DNA of 64,000 nucleotides from an uncultured Actinomycetota bacterium (GTDB lineage Bacteria; Actinomycetota; Actinomycetes; Mycobacteriales; Mycobacteriaceae): NCBI GenBank assembly GCA_963850895.1, contig CAWKNK010000011.1, positions 117,841 to 181,840 of the forward strand, read 5' to 3'. Shown piece by piece: positions 35,576 to 45,075 of this stretch (position 1 is its first letter; each line of letters starts with the position of its first letter). The notes under the pieces were generated by a model. It saw only the letters and a program-made list of their open reading frames with translations, ran no database searches and was not told where the DNA came from. The position numbers and the translations under genes were made by a program.

Positions 35576-35685
35576 CGTGTCACCTCCGGGCCCCTTAAAT
35601 GGGACGGCCGGCCCAGAGTATGCCGCCCCGGACCGGAGGGCAACACGAGGCGGGACTATTGCGCCGAGCTCGTTCTGGTGCATAC

Positions 35686-35701
35686 TGGGTTAGGCAACCC
35701 A
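35686..35701. promoter_or_regulatory. TGGG-N8-CCCA palindrome, putative TetR operator 1
   Basis: TGGGTTAGGCAACCCA in divergent MOSC/hydrolase gap. Confidence 0.65.
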
Positions 35702-35780
35702 AAACGTCAGCGCGGTGAATTCCATGAACGTAGGCCGAGCGCCGCGCGGCGTTCGAGGGCGAAAATCCAGGAGGAACATC

Positions 35781-36653
35781 ATGCCGGCTGTCCATCATCG
35801 ATACGCCACCGTCGACGGTCATCGGCTCTTCTTCCGCGAAGCGGGCGATCCGAACGCCCCCGCATTGGTGCTGCTCCACGGGTTTCCCACCAGCTCCTAC
35901 ATGTTCCGGCATCTGCTTCCGGCACTCGCCGACCGCTACCACGTCATCGCACCTGATCACCTGGGCTTCGGGCTTTCCGACGCGCCGTCCGTGCAAGAGT
36001 TCGACTACACCTTCGACGCCCTGACCGACCTCACGGCCGCGTTGTTGCGCGCGCTCGGCTTTGCCAGATACACAATCTACGTCCAGGACTACGGCGCGCC
36101 GATCGGCTGGCGGCTGGCGCTACGCGACCCGTCGGCGATCACCGCGATCATCACGCAGAACGGCAACGGCTACGACGCGGGATTCGTTGACGGCTTCTGG
36201 AAGATCGTGCGGGCCTACCAAAGCGAACCAACGCCCGACACCGAGGCCGCGGTACGGCAGTTCCTCACGCTGGACGCCACCCGATGGCAATACCTCACCG
36301 GCGTTTCCGACGAGACCCTCGTCGACCCCGAATCCTGGCATCACGACTACGCGCTCCTAGCGCGACCGGGCAACGACCTCGTGCAGCTGAAACTGTTGCG
36401 GGACTACGCCACCAACGCGCCGCTTTATCCGCGCCTGCATGAATACTTTCGCGCCAGCCAGGTGCCACTGCTGGCGGTATGGGGCCGCGGCGACGAGATC
36501 TTCGGCCCAGCCGGCGCCGAGGCGTTCGCCGACGACCTCCCTGATGCCGAGATCCACCTGCTCGACGGCGGGCACTTCCTGCTGGAGTCCGCGCTGGACG
36601 AGGTCGCCGAGCTGATCCGCGGCTTCCTCGCCAAGGTTGGCATGACCGCCTGA
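35781..36653 (+). CDS. Alpha/beta hydrolase, epoxide hydrolase/haloalkane dehalogenase type
   Basis: LLHGFP, PDHLGFG, Asp nucleophile elbow QDYG, GGHF; AGGAGG RBS. Confidence 0.85.
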   Translation: MPAVHHRYATVDGHRLFFREAGDPNAPALVLLHGFPTSSYMFRHLLPALADRYHVIAPDHLGFGLSDAPSVQEFDYTFDALTDLTAALLRALGFARYTIYVQDYGAPIGWRLALRDPSAITAIITQNGNGYDAGFVDGFWKIVRAYQSEPTPDTEAAVRQFLTLDATRWQYLTGVSDETLVDPESWHHDYALLARPGNDLVQLKLLRDYATNAPLYPRLHEYFRASQVPLLAVWGRGDEIFGPAGAEAFADDLPDAEIHLLDGGHFLLESALDEVAELIRGFLAKVGMTA

Positions 36654-36681
36654 CCGGACCCGCCGACACCACCGCCGTCAA

Positions 36682-36697
36682 TGGGTTGGATATCCCA
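36682..36697. promoter_or_regulatory. TGGG-N8-CCCA palindrome, putative TetR operator 2
   Basis: TGGGTTGGATATCCCA upstream of TAGCCT -10 (36719) and the first TetR ATG. Confidence 0.65.
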
Positions 36698-36730
36698 TAA
36701 CTCCGGACGCTCGCGGGTTAGCCTGACGCG

Positions 36731-37423
36731 ATGGCCCATCCCCCCGATATTCAGGACGAACAACGGTTGACCGCCAAGGGGCGTGCTACCCGGGATCGCA
36801 TCGTGGAAGCGGCCGCCCAGCTGATCGTTACCGAGGGCCTGTCCGCGTCGAACATGGAGAACGTCCGCAGGGCGGCCTCGGTCAGCGGTTCCCAGCTCGC
36901 CCACTATTTCGCCGACAAGAGCGCTCTGATTCGCGCGGTCATCAGGCATCAGATCGGCGTGGTTCTCGACTTTCACCGGCAGCCCAGGCTGGGGGGTCTG
37001 GCGTCGTTCGACGACTTCGAACGGTGGATCGACCTCAACATGCGCTACCTGAGGCGCATCGGGTTTTTCGGCACGCCCACCTACCACGCGCTCGCCGCGC
37101 AACTGGCGAAGTCCGACGACGCGACGCGTGAAACGCTGGCGGCCGGCTATAGGCAGTGGGTCGATCTGCTCGAGGCGGCGATCCAGCGAATGAAGGATCG
37201 CGGCGTCTTGGCCGCGAATGCCGACCCGCGACGGTTGGCGATGGTCATCGTCGCCGCCCATCAGGGCGGCGGCACCTTGGCCTTCACCTACCGGGCGGAA
37301 TGGCCGCACGCCGACGCCGTCCGCTTCGCGATCAACCACCTGCGCAGCTTCGCCACCGACCCCGGCGAGCGGGTTCCCCGGCCCGCCCGCCGTCCCCGGC
37401 GCCGCCCAAGGGCCGCAACATGA
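36731..37423 (+). CDS. TetR regulator A (NemR/LmrA-like, no Cys)
   Basis: TAKGRATRDRIVEAA...SGSQLAHYFADK HTH. Confidence 0.9.
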   Translation: MAHPPDIQDEQRLTAKGRATRDRIVEAAAQLIVTEGLSASNMENVRRAASVSGSQLAHYFADKSALIRAVIRHQIGVVLDFHRQPRLGGLASFDDFERWIDLNMRYLRRIGFFGTPTYHALAAQLAKSDDATRETLAAGYRQWVDLLEAAIQRMKDRGVLAANADPRRLAMVIVAAHQGGGTLAFTYRAEWPHADAVRFAINHLRSFATDPGERVPRPARRPRRRPRAAT

Positions 37424-38094
37424 GTGATGACAGCCCATCACGATTCACCCGCAAGGGACTGGCGACCCGCGCGCGCATCGTCGAGGTCGCCGCGCGCCTT
37501 ATGTTCGAGCGCGGCGTCGCCAACACCAGCATCGAACAGGTGCGGCGCGCGGCGGGAGTGGGCGGCTCGCAGATCGCGCATTATTTCCGGGACAAGCGCG
37601 ATCTGACCCGTCAGGTCGTTGCCACCCGCCGCGACGACGTCCGGGCCTTCCACACCCGGCCACCGTTGGGCGCCCTGGACAGCGTCGACGCCTTGCAGGC
37701 ATGGGCCGACGCCTGCGTCGCCGACATTGACGCCGTATACCGCGTCGGCGGTTGCGTCTACGGCTCTTTGGCGGGCGAGCTGATCGACGCCGACGACGAA
37801 ATACACGACGATCTCTCCGCCGGCTACGACCAGTGGATCGAGCTGTTTGAGGCGGGCCTGACGGCAATGCGCCGACGCGGTGATCTGCGTCCCGACGCGG
37901 ACCCGCGGCACTTGGCGGTGTCGCTGGTTGTCGCGCACCAGGGCGGTGCACTGTTGACGTACGCCACCGGGGATCCGGAACCGCTGCGGACCGCTGTCAA
38001 CGCCGCCGTCGACTACGTCCGCTCGTTCACGACCCACGCGCGCAAGAGCCGTTCCGCTCCGCCGCGGCGCCGCGGCACATCCCGACCCGAGTAA
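37420..38094 (+). CDS. TetR regulator B (NemR/LmrA-like, GGC motif)
   Basis: TRKGLATRARIVEVA...GGSQIAHYFRDK; GGCVYGSLAGEL; ATGA overlap with TetR A. Confidence 0.9.
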   Translation: MSDDSPSRFTRKGLATRARIVEVAARLMFERGVANTSIEQVRRAAGVGGSQIAHYFRDKRDLTRQVVATRRDDVRAFHTRPPLGALDSVDALQAWADACVADIDAVYRVGGCVYGSLAGELIDADDEIHDDLSAGYDQWIELFEAGLTAMRRRGDLRPDADPRHLAVSLVVAHQGGALLTYATGDPEPLRTAVNAAVDYVRSFTTHARKSRSAPPRRRGTSRPE

Positions 38095-38112
38095 CGCCAC
38101 CGCTGGACAGAT

Positions 38113-38151
38113 TGGGACAGCTAGCCCATAATAATTGGGTCGGATCGCCCA
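38113..38151. promoter_or_regulatory. Two tandem TGGG-N8-CCCA palindromes, putative TetR operators 3 and 4
   Basis: TGGGACAGCTAGCCCA (38113-38128) and TGGGTCGGATCGCCCA (38136-38151), followed by TAGGCT -10 at 38154. Confidence 0.65.
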
Positions 38152-38304
38152 GTTAGGCTGACGGAGGCCCTTTGGCTCCGCTCCGCACGCCGATATCCGA
38201 ACGCCCGTGAGTATTCGGGAGGAGCGCGCCACGTGTCCACCAACGATGCACCCCAGCTACCCACCTCACCCGCGGTGGTGCGCGAGCGGTCCGGCGGGAA
38301 AACC

Positions 38305-39279
38305 ATGCGCGCGATCATCCTCAAGGGGTTCGGCGGCCTGGACAGGCTGGTCTATACCGACATTCCGAAGCCGCTCCCAAAGGTCGGCGAGGTGGTGATC
38401 GAAGTCAAGGCCTTCGGCATCAATCACGCCGAGATGCACATGCGCCGGGGCGAATGGGCCGAAGCCGCGGAAGTCAGCGGCATTGAATGCGTCGGCGTCG
38501 TCGACTCGTGTCCGGGCGGCGAGTTCCCCGTGGGCGCCAGCGTGGCGGCGCTGATGGGCGGCCTCGGTCGAACCGTCAACGGCAGCTATGCGCAGTACAC
38601 CCGCGTGCGCGCGGCGAACGTCGCCCTCATCGAATCCGATCTGCCCTGGTCGGACTTGGCCGCGCTGCCCGAAACCTACGCGGTCGCTTGGACATGTCTT
38701 TTCCGCAACCTCAACCTGAAAGCCGGGCAGACGCTGGTCCTGCGCGGCGCGACCTCGTCGCTCGGGCAGGCAGCGCTCAAGATGGCCGTCGCCGCCGGTG
38801 CGCGCGTTATTGCCACCGCACGAAGCCGCGGTCGCTTTCCCATGCTGGCGGAGCTGGGCGCGTCGCGCGTCGACTTGGAAGGGCGCGACCTCGCCGCCCG
38901 CCTCCCCGAAGCCAAGCAGGTCGACGCGGTCCTGGACTTGGTCGGCAACAGCACCATCCTGGACTCCCTCGACATGCTGCGCCGCGGCGGAACGGCTTGC
39001 CTGGCGGGATGGTTGGGCGGACTCGACCCCATCGGGGATTTCAATCCGCTGTTGCGCATGGCGAGCGGCGTCAACTGGAACTTCTTCGGCAGCTTCGTCT
39101 TCGGGACTCCCGGTTTCCCGTTGTCGGACGTACCCCTGCGAGACATCGCGCGGCAAGTCGCCGACGGCACGCTGGAGGCCAAACCGTCTCGCGTCTTCTC
39201 TTTTGACGAGATCCATGAGGCGCACCGCGTGATGGAAACGGGAGAAGCCGGCGGCAAGATGGTCGTCGTGCTGCAGTGA
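38305..39279 (+). CDS. MDR-family NADPH:quinone oxidoreductase-like
   Basis: VIEVKAFGINHAE, GSYAQY, GATSSLG, GKMVV; no catalytic-Zn Cys motif. Confidence 0.85.
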   Translation: MRAIILKGFGGLDRLVYTDIPKPLPKVGEVVIEVKAFGINHAEMHMRRGEWAEAAEVSGIECVGVVDSCPGGEFPVGASVAALMGGLGRTVNGSYAQYTRVRAANVALIESDLPWSDLAALPETYAVAWTCLFRNLNLKAGQTLVLRGATSSLGQAALKMAVAAGARVIATARSRGRFPMLAELGASRVDLEGRDLAARLPEAKQVDAVLDLVGNSTILDSLDMLRRGGTACLAGWLGGLDPIGDFNPLLRMASGVNWNFFGSFVFGTPGFPLSDVPLRDIARQVADGTLEAKPSRVFSFDEIHEAHRVMETGEAGGKMVVVLQ

Positions 39280-39384
39280 GATAAGGCAGCTGCGGGTCTC
39301 ATCGGAAACGGCAATGATTCATTCACGTGTGATCGGGTACTTCCGGCCCGACGCACCCACCCTGAAGAAGGCCGAGCCGTAGCC

Positions 39385-40077
39385 ATGCCCACACCGCCCG
39401 TCCTGGTTTTCGACGTCAACGAGACGCTGGTCGACATTGATTCGCTTGCACCACTTTTCACGGATTTGTTCGGTGATGACGGAGTGCTTCGCGAGTGGTT
39501 CGCCCAGCTCGTGATGTATTCGATGTCCGCCACGTTGGCGGACAGCTATGTGAACTTCTCCACGCTCGCCCAGGGCGTGCTGCGCATGGTGGGCGACATC
39601 CACCACGTCGACATTTCTGACGATGACCTGCAGCGCCTGAAGACGGGCCTGCTCACGACGCCGGCGCACCCGGACGCGGCGGCAGGGCTCGCCGCTTTAC
39701 GAGACAACGGTTTTCGCCTCGTCACCCTGACGAATTCACCGCCCAACCCGGACGGGCCCACGGCGCTGCAAAGTTCCGGTCTGGCCGGATTCTTCGAACA
39801 GCAATTGAGCGTCGACGCCTGCCGCGCCTTCAAACCGGCGCCCGCCGTGTACCGATACGTGTGCGAGACGCTCGGGGTGGCGCCGGTCGATTGCATGATG
39901 GTGGCTGCGCACGTGTGGGACACCCTCGGCGCCCAGAACGTCGGCTTCAGCGCCGCCCTCATCGCGCGCCCCGGCAACCCTCCGCTACCGGTCGACGGGC
40001 TGCCGCAACCGAACCTTGTGGTGAGTGATGTGCGGGAGTTGGCCCGGGAACTCGGCGAGGGTCGACGCCATAATTGA
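39385..40077 (+). CDS. Haloacid dehalogenase type II-like HAD hydrolase
   Basis: FDVNETLVD, LTNS, FKPAP, AAHVWD. Confidence 0.85.
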   Translation: MPTPPVLVFDVNETLVDIDSLAPLFTDLFGDDGVLREWFAQLVMYSMSATLADSYVNFSTLAQGVLRMVGDIHHVDISDDDLQRLKTGLLTTPAHPDAAAGLAALRDNGFRLVTLTNSPPNPDGPTALQSSGLAGFFEQQLSVDACRAFKPAPAVYRYVCETLGVAPVDCMMVAAHVWDTLGAQNVGFSAALIARPGNPPLPVDGLPQPNLVVSDVRELARELGEGRRHN

Positions 40078-40080
40078 CGC

Positions 40081-40539
40081 ATGGCCACAGCAGACGGATT
40101 CCACCCAGATTTCGACCAGACAACACCGGAAGCCACCCGCAGCCGGGTGCACCACATCAAGGCGTCGGACATCAGCTCCGACACCGCGCAATCGGAGGGA
40201 CTCCGTCGCTTCGCCGCGCTCAGCGGCACGTCGGTCGGCGCCGAGAAGCTTTGGATGGGCGAGACACACGCGTCACCCTCGACCGTGTCGTCCAACCACC
40301 ATCACGGCGACTCGGAAACCGCCATCTACGTGCGCAGCGGTCACCCGGAATTCGTCTTCCACGACGGCGCCCATGAGGTGCGCATTTCAACTTCGCCCGG
40401 CGACTACGTCTTCATCCCGCCGTATCTGCCGCACCGGGAGGAAAACCCCGACCCGAACACATCGGCGGAGGTGGTCATCGCGCGCAGCACCCAGGAGGCA
40501 GTCGTGGTGAACCTTCCCGAGTTGTATCCGCTTCAGTAG
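40081..40539 (+). CDS. Cupin-domain protein
   Basis: HHHGDSE and PGDYVFIPPYLPHRE metal-binding cupin motifs. Confidence 0.85.
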   Translation: MATADGFHPDFDQTTPEATRSRVHHIKASDISSDTAQSEGLRRFAALSGTSVGAEKLWMGETHASPSTVSSNHHHGDSETAIYVRSGHPEFVFHDGAHEVRISTSPGDYVFIPPYLPHREENPDPNTSAEVVIARSTQEAVVVNLPELYPLQ

Positions 40540-40931
40540 ACAGCGATTTCGACCAGATTTCCGTCGACGTCGCGGCAGTAGTGCGAGGTCATCGGACCCA
40601 AGGCTCCCGTTCTGGTCACCGGCCCCGCAATAATCTCCGCTCCACACCCGACGAGGTGGGCGCGCACCTTGTCCGGGCTGCAACGGGTGATGAAGCACAA
40701 GTCCTCGGAACCGGCCGCTTCGACCGACCCGGTGACCCACTCGGGATCGTCGGCCAGCGCCCCGACGGGCCGCAGGTTGAGTTTCTGCTCGCCGAAGCGC
40801 AGAGCGATTCGGTTGGACGGCCCGAACGTCTCTCGCCGCATGCCGAGCACCCGTTCGTACCATGCCGCGGTCGCCTCGACGTCGTTGCAGTTCAGCACGA
40901 CATGGTCGATCCGTTCCACCGCGAATCCCAC
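40533..40931 (-). CDS. VOC/glyoxalase-family protein (GLOD5-like)
   Basis: IDHVVL, EQKLNL, GSEDLCF, YCRDVDGNLVEI; AGGAGG RBS before GTG 40931. Confidence 0.85.
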   Translation of the reverse strand: MGFAVERIDHVVLNCNDVEATAAWYERVLGMRRETFGPSNRIALRFGEQKLNLRPVGALADDPEWVTGSVEAAGSEDLCFITRCSPDKVRAHLVGCGAEIIAGPVTRTGALGPMTSHYCRDVDGNLVEIAVY

Positions 40932-41050
40932 GCTCGACCCTCCTGTGGTGGGGCGAAAATCATTCGTTGCCAGAGTAATCCGAACACCCCGTCGACCGCG
41001 GTGCCCGGGCATCCGGGTGTGGGACCATGGCGCTCCTTTACGCTGGGGTC

Positions 41051-41074
41051 ACCAGACGTTTTAATACGTCTTAT
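41051..41074. promoter_or_regulatory. GntR operator palindrome overlapping its start codon
   Basis: AGACGT-TTTAAT-ACGTCT perfect arms within ACCAGACGTTTTAATACGTCTTAT. Confidence 0.7.
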
Positions 41075-41900
41075 GACCACCCGGTCGTTGGACCTCGAGG
41101 CCGCCGATCTTCGAGTTCGGCGCGGCAGTGTCCCCGCGAGCACCCAGCTCGCCGAAGCGCTCAAGGCCGCGATCATCAAGCAGCGCCTGCCCCGCGGCGG
41201 ACGCCTGCCCAGCGAGCGGGAGCTGATCGATCGCTCCGGTCTGAGCCGGGTAACCGTGCGTGCGGCAGTCGGACTGCTCGAGCGGCAGGGCTGGTTGGTT
41301 CGACGCCAGGGCCTGGGCACCTTCGTGACCAACCCGGTGAGACAAGAATTGGGCTCCGGCGTGCGCACGATCACCGAGGTCCTGGCGAGCTCCGGCATTA
41401 CTCCGCACGTCGACGTGCTGTCCCATCGCGTGGAGGAGCCGCCGCAACGAATAGGCGAAGCGCTGGGCCTGTCCAAAGTGCTGTGCATCCACCGGCGATT
41501 CCGCGATGGGGACCTGCCCCTGGCCCTGATGATCGCCTACCTACCGCCGGGACTGGGAAAGGCCGTCGACCCACTGCTGTCGAGTGTGTCGGACACGCAA
41601 CCCGCGCGGGCGATGGAAAGCACCTACACGATGTGGGAGCGGCGACTGGGCATCCCCGTCGCCCGCGCCACGTACGAGATTCACGCGGCCGGGGCCTCCG
41701 TCGAGGTGGCCGGCGCGTTGAACCTGCCGTTGGGCTCTCCCGTGCTTGTGCTCGAACGCATCAGCTACGGCAACGACGACAAGCCCCTCGAGGTCGTGGA
41801 ATTCCATTACCGCCCCGAGCGGTACCGGTTTTCCGTGACGCTGCCGAGGACCATGCCGGGTCCCGGCGCCGGGATCGTCGAGCGGCGTTCGAACGAGTGA
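41073..41900 (+). CDS. GntR/HutC-family regulator with UTRA domain (Rv0792c-like)
   Basis: GRLPSEREL...SRVTVRAAV...RQGLGTFV; C-terminal FHYRPERYRF. Confidence 0.9.
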   Translation: MTTRSLDLEAADLRVRRGSVPASTQLAEALKAAIIKQRLPRGGRLPSERELIDRSGLSRVTVRAAVGLLERQGWLVRRQGLGTFVTNPVRQELGSGVRTITEVLASSGITPHVDVLSHRVEEPPQRIGEALGLSKVLCIHRRFRDGDLPLALMIAYLPPGLGKAVDPLLSSVSDTQPARAMESTYTMWERRLGIPVARATYEIHAAGASVEVAGALNLPLGSPVLVLERISYGNDDKPLEVVEFHYRPERYRFSVTLPRTMPGPGAGIVERRSNE

Positions 41901-42062
41901 CCTTGACCGCGGGTGAGCGCGCAGAACGTCGCCGGCTGGTCGAACCTGCCCGTGCGCGTGCTGCCGTAACGCCCGATCGCTCAGCCAATTCTCAACGGAT
42001 TCTTCGGAGGCTCATGGCTTGTCTCCCAGCATCCGCAAAGCCACTGGCCGCAGCATGTTTTC

Positions 42063-42539
42063 ATGACGAACGAGCCCATGTGCGCGAACCTGGTCGAACG
42101 TTACCTGCGCACCCGCGGGCGACGCTATTTCCGTGGCCACCACGACGGCGAATACTTCTTCGTCACCCGCGCCCGCATGTCCCCCTCGAGGCGCCTGCAC
42201 GTCCACCTCGAGATCTCGCCCGCGCACGGCGATGTGCTGATCATTCGGGTCACCCCGGGCTGCTTCTTCTCCGCCACCGAGCGCCCCTGGTTGGTGCACT
42301 TCTCGGACACGTGGAACCGCCAGGAGCGCGAGGTCACGGCGGTCGTGCATGGCTCTTCCGATCCACAGCGGATCGGCGTGGTGGCGCGCAGGTCGCACTG
42401 GATCCGACAAAACGTGTCCTTCGAGGATTTCGCCGCCTTCGTCGACCGCACCATCGCGGACGCGACCGAGCTGTTCGACGACTTGAGCCCGGCCGTCGAG
42501 CTGCCGACGGCGCATCCGTTGCTGCTCGACGCCAGCTGA
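42063..42539 (+). CDS. Conserved mycobacterial protein (Rv0789c-like)
   Basis: NLVERYLRTRGRRYFRGHHDGEYFF...VHGSSDPQRIGV. Confidence 0.8.
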   Translation: MTNEPMCANLVERYLRTRGRRYFRGHHDGEYFFVTRARMSPSRRLHVHLEISPAHGDVLIIRVTPGCFFSATERPWLVHFSDTWNRQEREVTAVVHGSSDPQRIGVVARRSHWIRQNVSFEDFAAFVDRTIADATELFDDLSPAVELPTAHPLLLDAS

Positions 42540-42659
42540 TCTGACGCGCCATCGCCGACCAGGCGACGCACGGTGTGCGAGCCGACGAGCCCGAAAGCCC
42601 GAGTGGCGAGAGCCTTTTCGGACCTCTTCCGCATCGCGCGATGCTTCTCCAGCAAACGA

Positions 42660-42692
42660 ATATGACATTCTCCTATTTGGAGAGTAACATAT
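42660..42692. promoter_or_regulatory. AT-rich imperfect palindrome upstream of acyltransferase pair
   Basis: ATATGacATTCTCC-tattt-GGAGAGTaaCATAT. Confidence 0.4.
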
Positions 42693-42773
42693 GCTGCGCA
42701 GACACTGAGGTTTGAGGTCTGCGTCACATCGGCAATCAATAGCAAATGGCAGGAACACGACAGCGGGGGTGCC

Positions 42774-43589
42774 ATGAAGGGCAGCGGTGTTGAAGTGGCC
42801 GACAACCACGAGACCACCAAGTGGGATCCGGCCTTCACCGAGCAGGTCAGCAAGGCCCTCGGACCTGTCATCAAGCGGTGGTATCGGGCCGAGGTGCGGA
42901 ACATCGACAACGTCCCGGCTTCCGGTGGAGCGCTGGTGGTATCCAACCACTCGGGCGGCATGTTGACACCGGACGTGTTGATCTTCTCCCCGACGTTCTA
43001 TCAACGGTTCGGCTACGACCGTCCCGTCTACACCCTGGGCCATTACGGCCTGTTCATCGGGCCGTTGGACGTCTGGCTGCGCCGCCTCGGGGTCATCGAG
43101 GCCAGCCGTGAAAACGCCGCCGCCGCACTGCATTCGGGCGCCGTGGTGCTGGTCTTCCCAGGCGGCGACTACGACTCCTACCGGCCGACCTTCAGTGCCA
43201 ACTCCGTCGACTTCAACGGCCGCACCGGCTACGTGAGGACCGCCATCGAAGCAGGGGTGCCGATCGTGCCCACCGTGTCGATCGGGGGCCAGGAGACCCA
43301 GCTCTTCTTGACCCGCGGCAACTGGCTGGCGCGCAAGTTGGGGCTGACCAGGGCGCGCATGGACATCTTGCCGGTGAGCTTCGGGTTCCCCTTCGGCCTG
43401 AGCGTGATCTTCCCGCCCAACCTGCCGCTACCCGCCAAGATCGTCACCGAGGTACTCCAACCGATCGACGTCACCGCCCAGTTCGGCGCCGACCCCGACA
43501 TCGACGAGGTCGACGCGCACGTTCGCACGGTCATGGAGTCGGCGCTCAAGCGTTTGGCCGGTCAGCGCCGACTCCCCATCCTCGGCTGA
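42774..43589 (+). CDS. Lysophospholipid/glycerolipid acyltransferase
   Basis: VSNHSGG, LVFPGG, GVPIVP. Confidence 0.88.
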   Translation: MKGSGVEVADNHETTKWDPAFTEQVSKALGPVIKRWYRAEVRNIDNVPASGGALVVSNHSGGMLTPDVLIFSPTFYQRFGYDRPVYTLGHYGLFIGPLDVWLRRLGVIEASRENAAAALHSGAVVLVFPGGDYDSYRPTFSANSVDFNGRTGYVRTAIEAGVPIVPTVSIGGQETQLFLTRGNWLARKLGLTRARMDILPVSFGFPFGLSVIFPPNLPLPAKIVTEVLQPIDVTAQFGADPDIDEVDAHVRTVMESALKRLAGQRRLPILG

Positions 43590-43686
43590 CCGGCAGCACC
43601 GATGGCTTGGGGTTCGATACCATGCAAAAGTCACTACAGCACAGGCTGATTCCGAACAAGCGAGCATCGGCACAGCGAGGTGGCGT

Positions 43687-45075
43687 GTGAAAAGACTCAA
43701 CGGCATGGACGCGATGCTGCTCTACAGCGAGACGCCCAACCTGCACACGCACACCTTGAAAGTGGCGATCATCGACCCCTCTGACTCCAAGTTCGGTTTC
43801 GAGGCGTTCCGGCATCATGTGCGCCGCCGGCTGCACCTGCTGGAACCGTTGCGCTATCAGCTCGTTGACATTCCGTGGCAGCTTCATCGCCCGATGTGGC
43901 AGGAGGACTGCGAGGTCGACCTCGACTATCACCTGCGCCGGGTGCAGGTGTCCGCGCCCGGCGGCCGGCGTGAACTCGACCAGGTGATCGGCCAGGTCGC
44001 TTCGACGCCGCTGGACCGCAGCCGCCCACTGTGGGAATTCCACTTCGCCGAGGGGCTGGCCGGGGGTCGGTTCGCCTTGGTCGGCAAAATCCATCACGCG
44101 CTGGCCGACGGCATCGCCTCGGTCAACCTGCTGGCCCACGCCATGGACGTGCACGGGCCAACGGGCGACCACACCGACGAACGCGACAACGACGAAGCGG
44201 GCGTCACCGCCTCGACCGCCGACCTGCTGCGCGCCGCCGCGCGCGACCACGCCCGGCAGATCTCCGAACTTCCGAGACTCATCAGAGACGCCGCCACGGG
44301 GCTGACGCGGGTCCGCCGCCGGTCCAAGGAACGCGGCAACCACCCGGACCTGGCCGACGCCTTCCACGCACCGCCGACCTTCCTGAACCACGTCGTCTCG
44401 CCCCAGCGGCGGTTCGCAAGCGCGACGCTACCGCTGGCCGACGTCAAGGCGACGGCCAAGGCGCTGCGCATCACCGTCAACGACCTGATATTGGCGGCGG
44501 CGGCCGGCGGCCTGCGCACGCTGTTGTTGGCCTATGACGGCGCGGCCGACCGGCCGATCATCGCATCGGTGCCGACGGCCACCGACAAGTCGGACCGCAT
44601 CACCGGCAACGAGATCAGCGGTCTGATGATTTCGTTGCCGGTGCACGTCGCCGATCCGGCCGAGCGGGCGCGGCTGGTGGCACTGGCGACCCGAATCGCC
44701 AAAGAAGACCACGAAATCCTCGGCCCCCAGCTCTACGGCCGGCTGATGGCCTACCTGCCGACCGCGGTTGCCCCGGCCGCTTTCCGGTGGCTGGGGCGGC
44801 GCGACGCGCCGAACAAGCTGATGAACGTCGCGGTCTCCAGCGTGGTGGGCCCGCGTGAGCGCGGACACTTCGGCGGCGCGGCGGTCAGCGAGATCTACTC
44901 GACCGGCGTGCTATCGCCCGGCGCCCCGGTCAATATCACCGTGTGGAGCTACGTCGACCAGCTCGGCGTCGCGGTGCTCACCGACGACCAGACATTCAAC
45001 GACCCGCACGAGGCAACGGACGCCATCAGCGCATCGTTCGCCGAATTACGCGCCGCCGCAGGGATTTCCGCCTAA
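43687..45075 (+). CDS. Wax ester synthase/diacylglycerol acyltransferase
   Basis: [16 protein letters not shown], catalytic HHALADG, TVNDLIL. Confidence 0.92.
   Translation: MKRLNGMDAMLLYSETPNLHTHTLKVAIIDPSDSKFGFEAFRHHVRRRLHLLEPLRYQLVDIPWQLHRPMWQEDCEVDLDYHLRRVQVSAPGGRRELDQVIGQVASTPLDRSRPLWEFHFAEGLAGGRFALVGKIHHALADGIASVNLLAHAMDVHGPTGDHTDERDNDEAGVTASTADLLRAAARDHARQISELPRLIRDAATGLTRVRRRSKERGNHPDLADAFHAPPTFLNHVVSPQRRFASATLPLADVKATAKALRITVNDLILAAAAGGLRTLLLAYDGAADRPIIASVPTATDKSDRITGNEISGLMISLPVHVADPAERARLVALATRIAKEDHEILGPQLYGRLMAYLPTAVAPAAFRWLGRRDAPNKLMNVAVSSVVGPRERGHFGGAAVSEIYSTGVLSPGAPVNITVWSYVDQLGVAVLTDDQTFNDPHEATDAISASFAELRAAAGISA

Noticed and set aside
33117..40539. Extra encapsulin cargo proteins in the island
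   Set aside because: No terminus resembling the Dyp targeting peptide [10 protein letters not shown] was seen
41027..42544. 505-aa ORF overlapping GntR and the Rv0789c-like gene
   Set aside because: Arg/Pro/Ala-rich shadow frame with no recognisable motif
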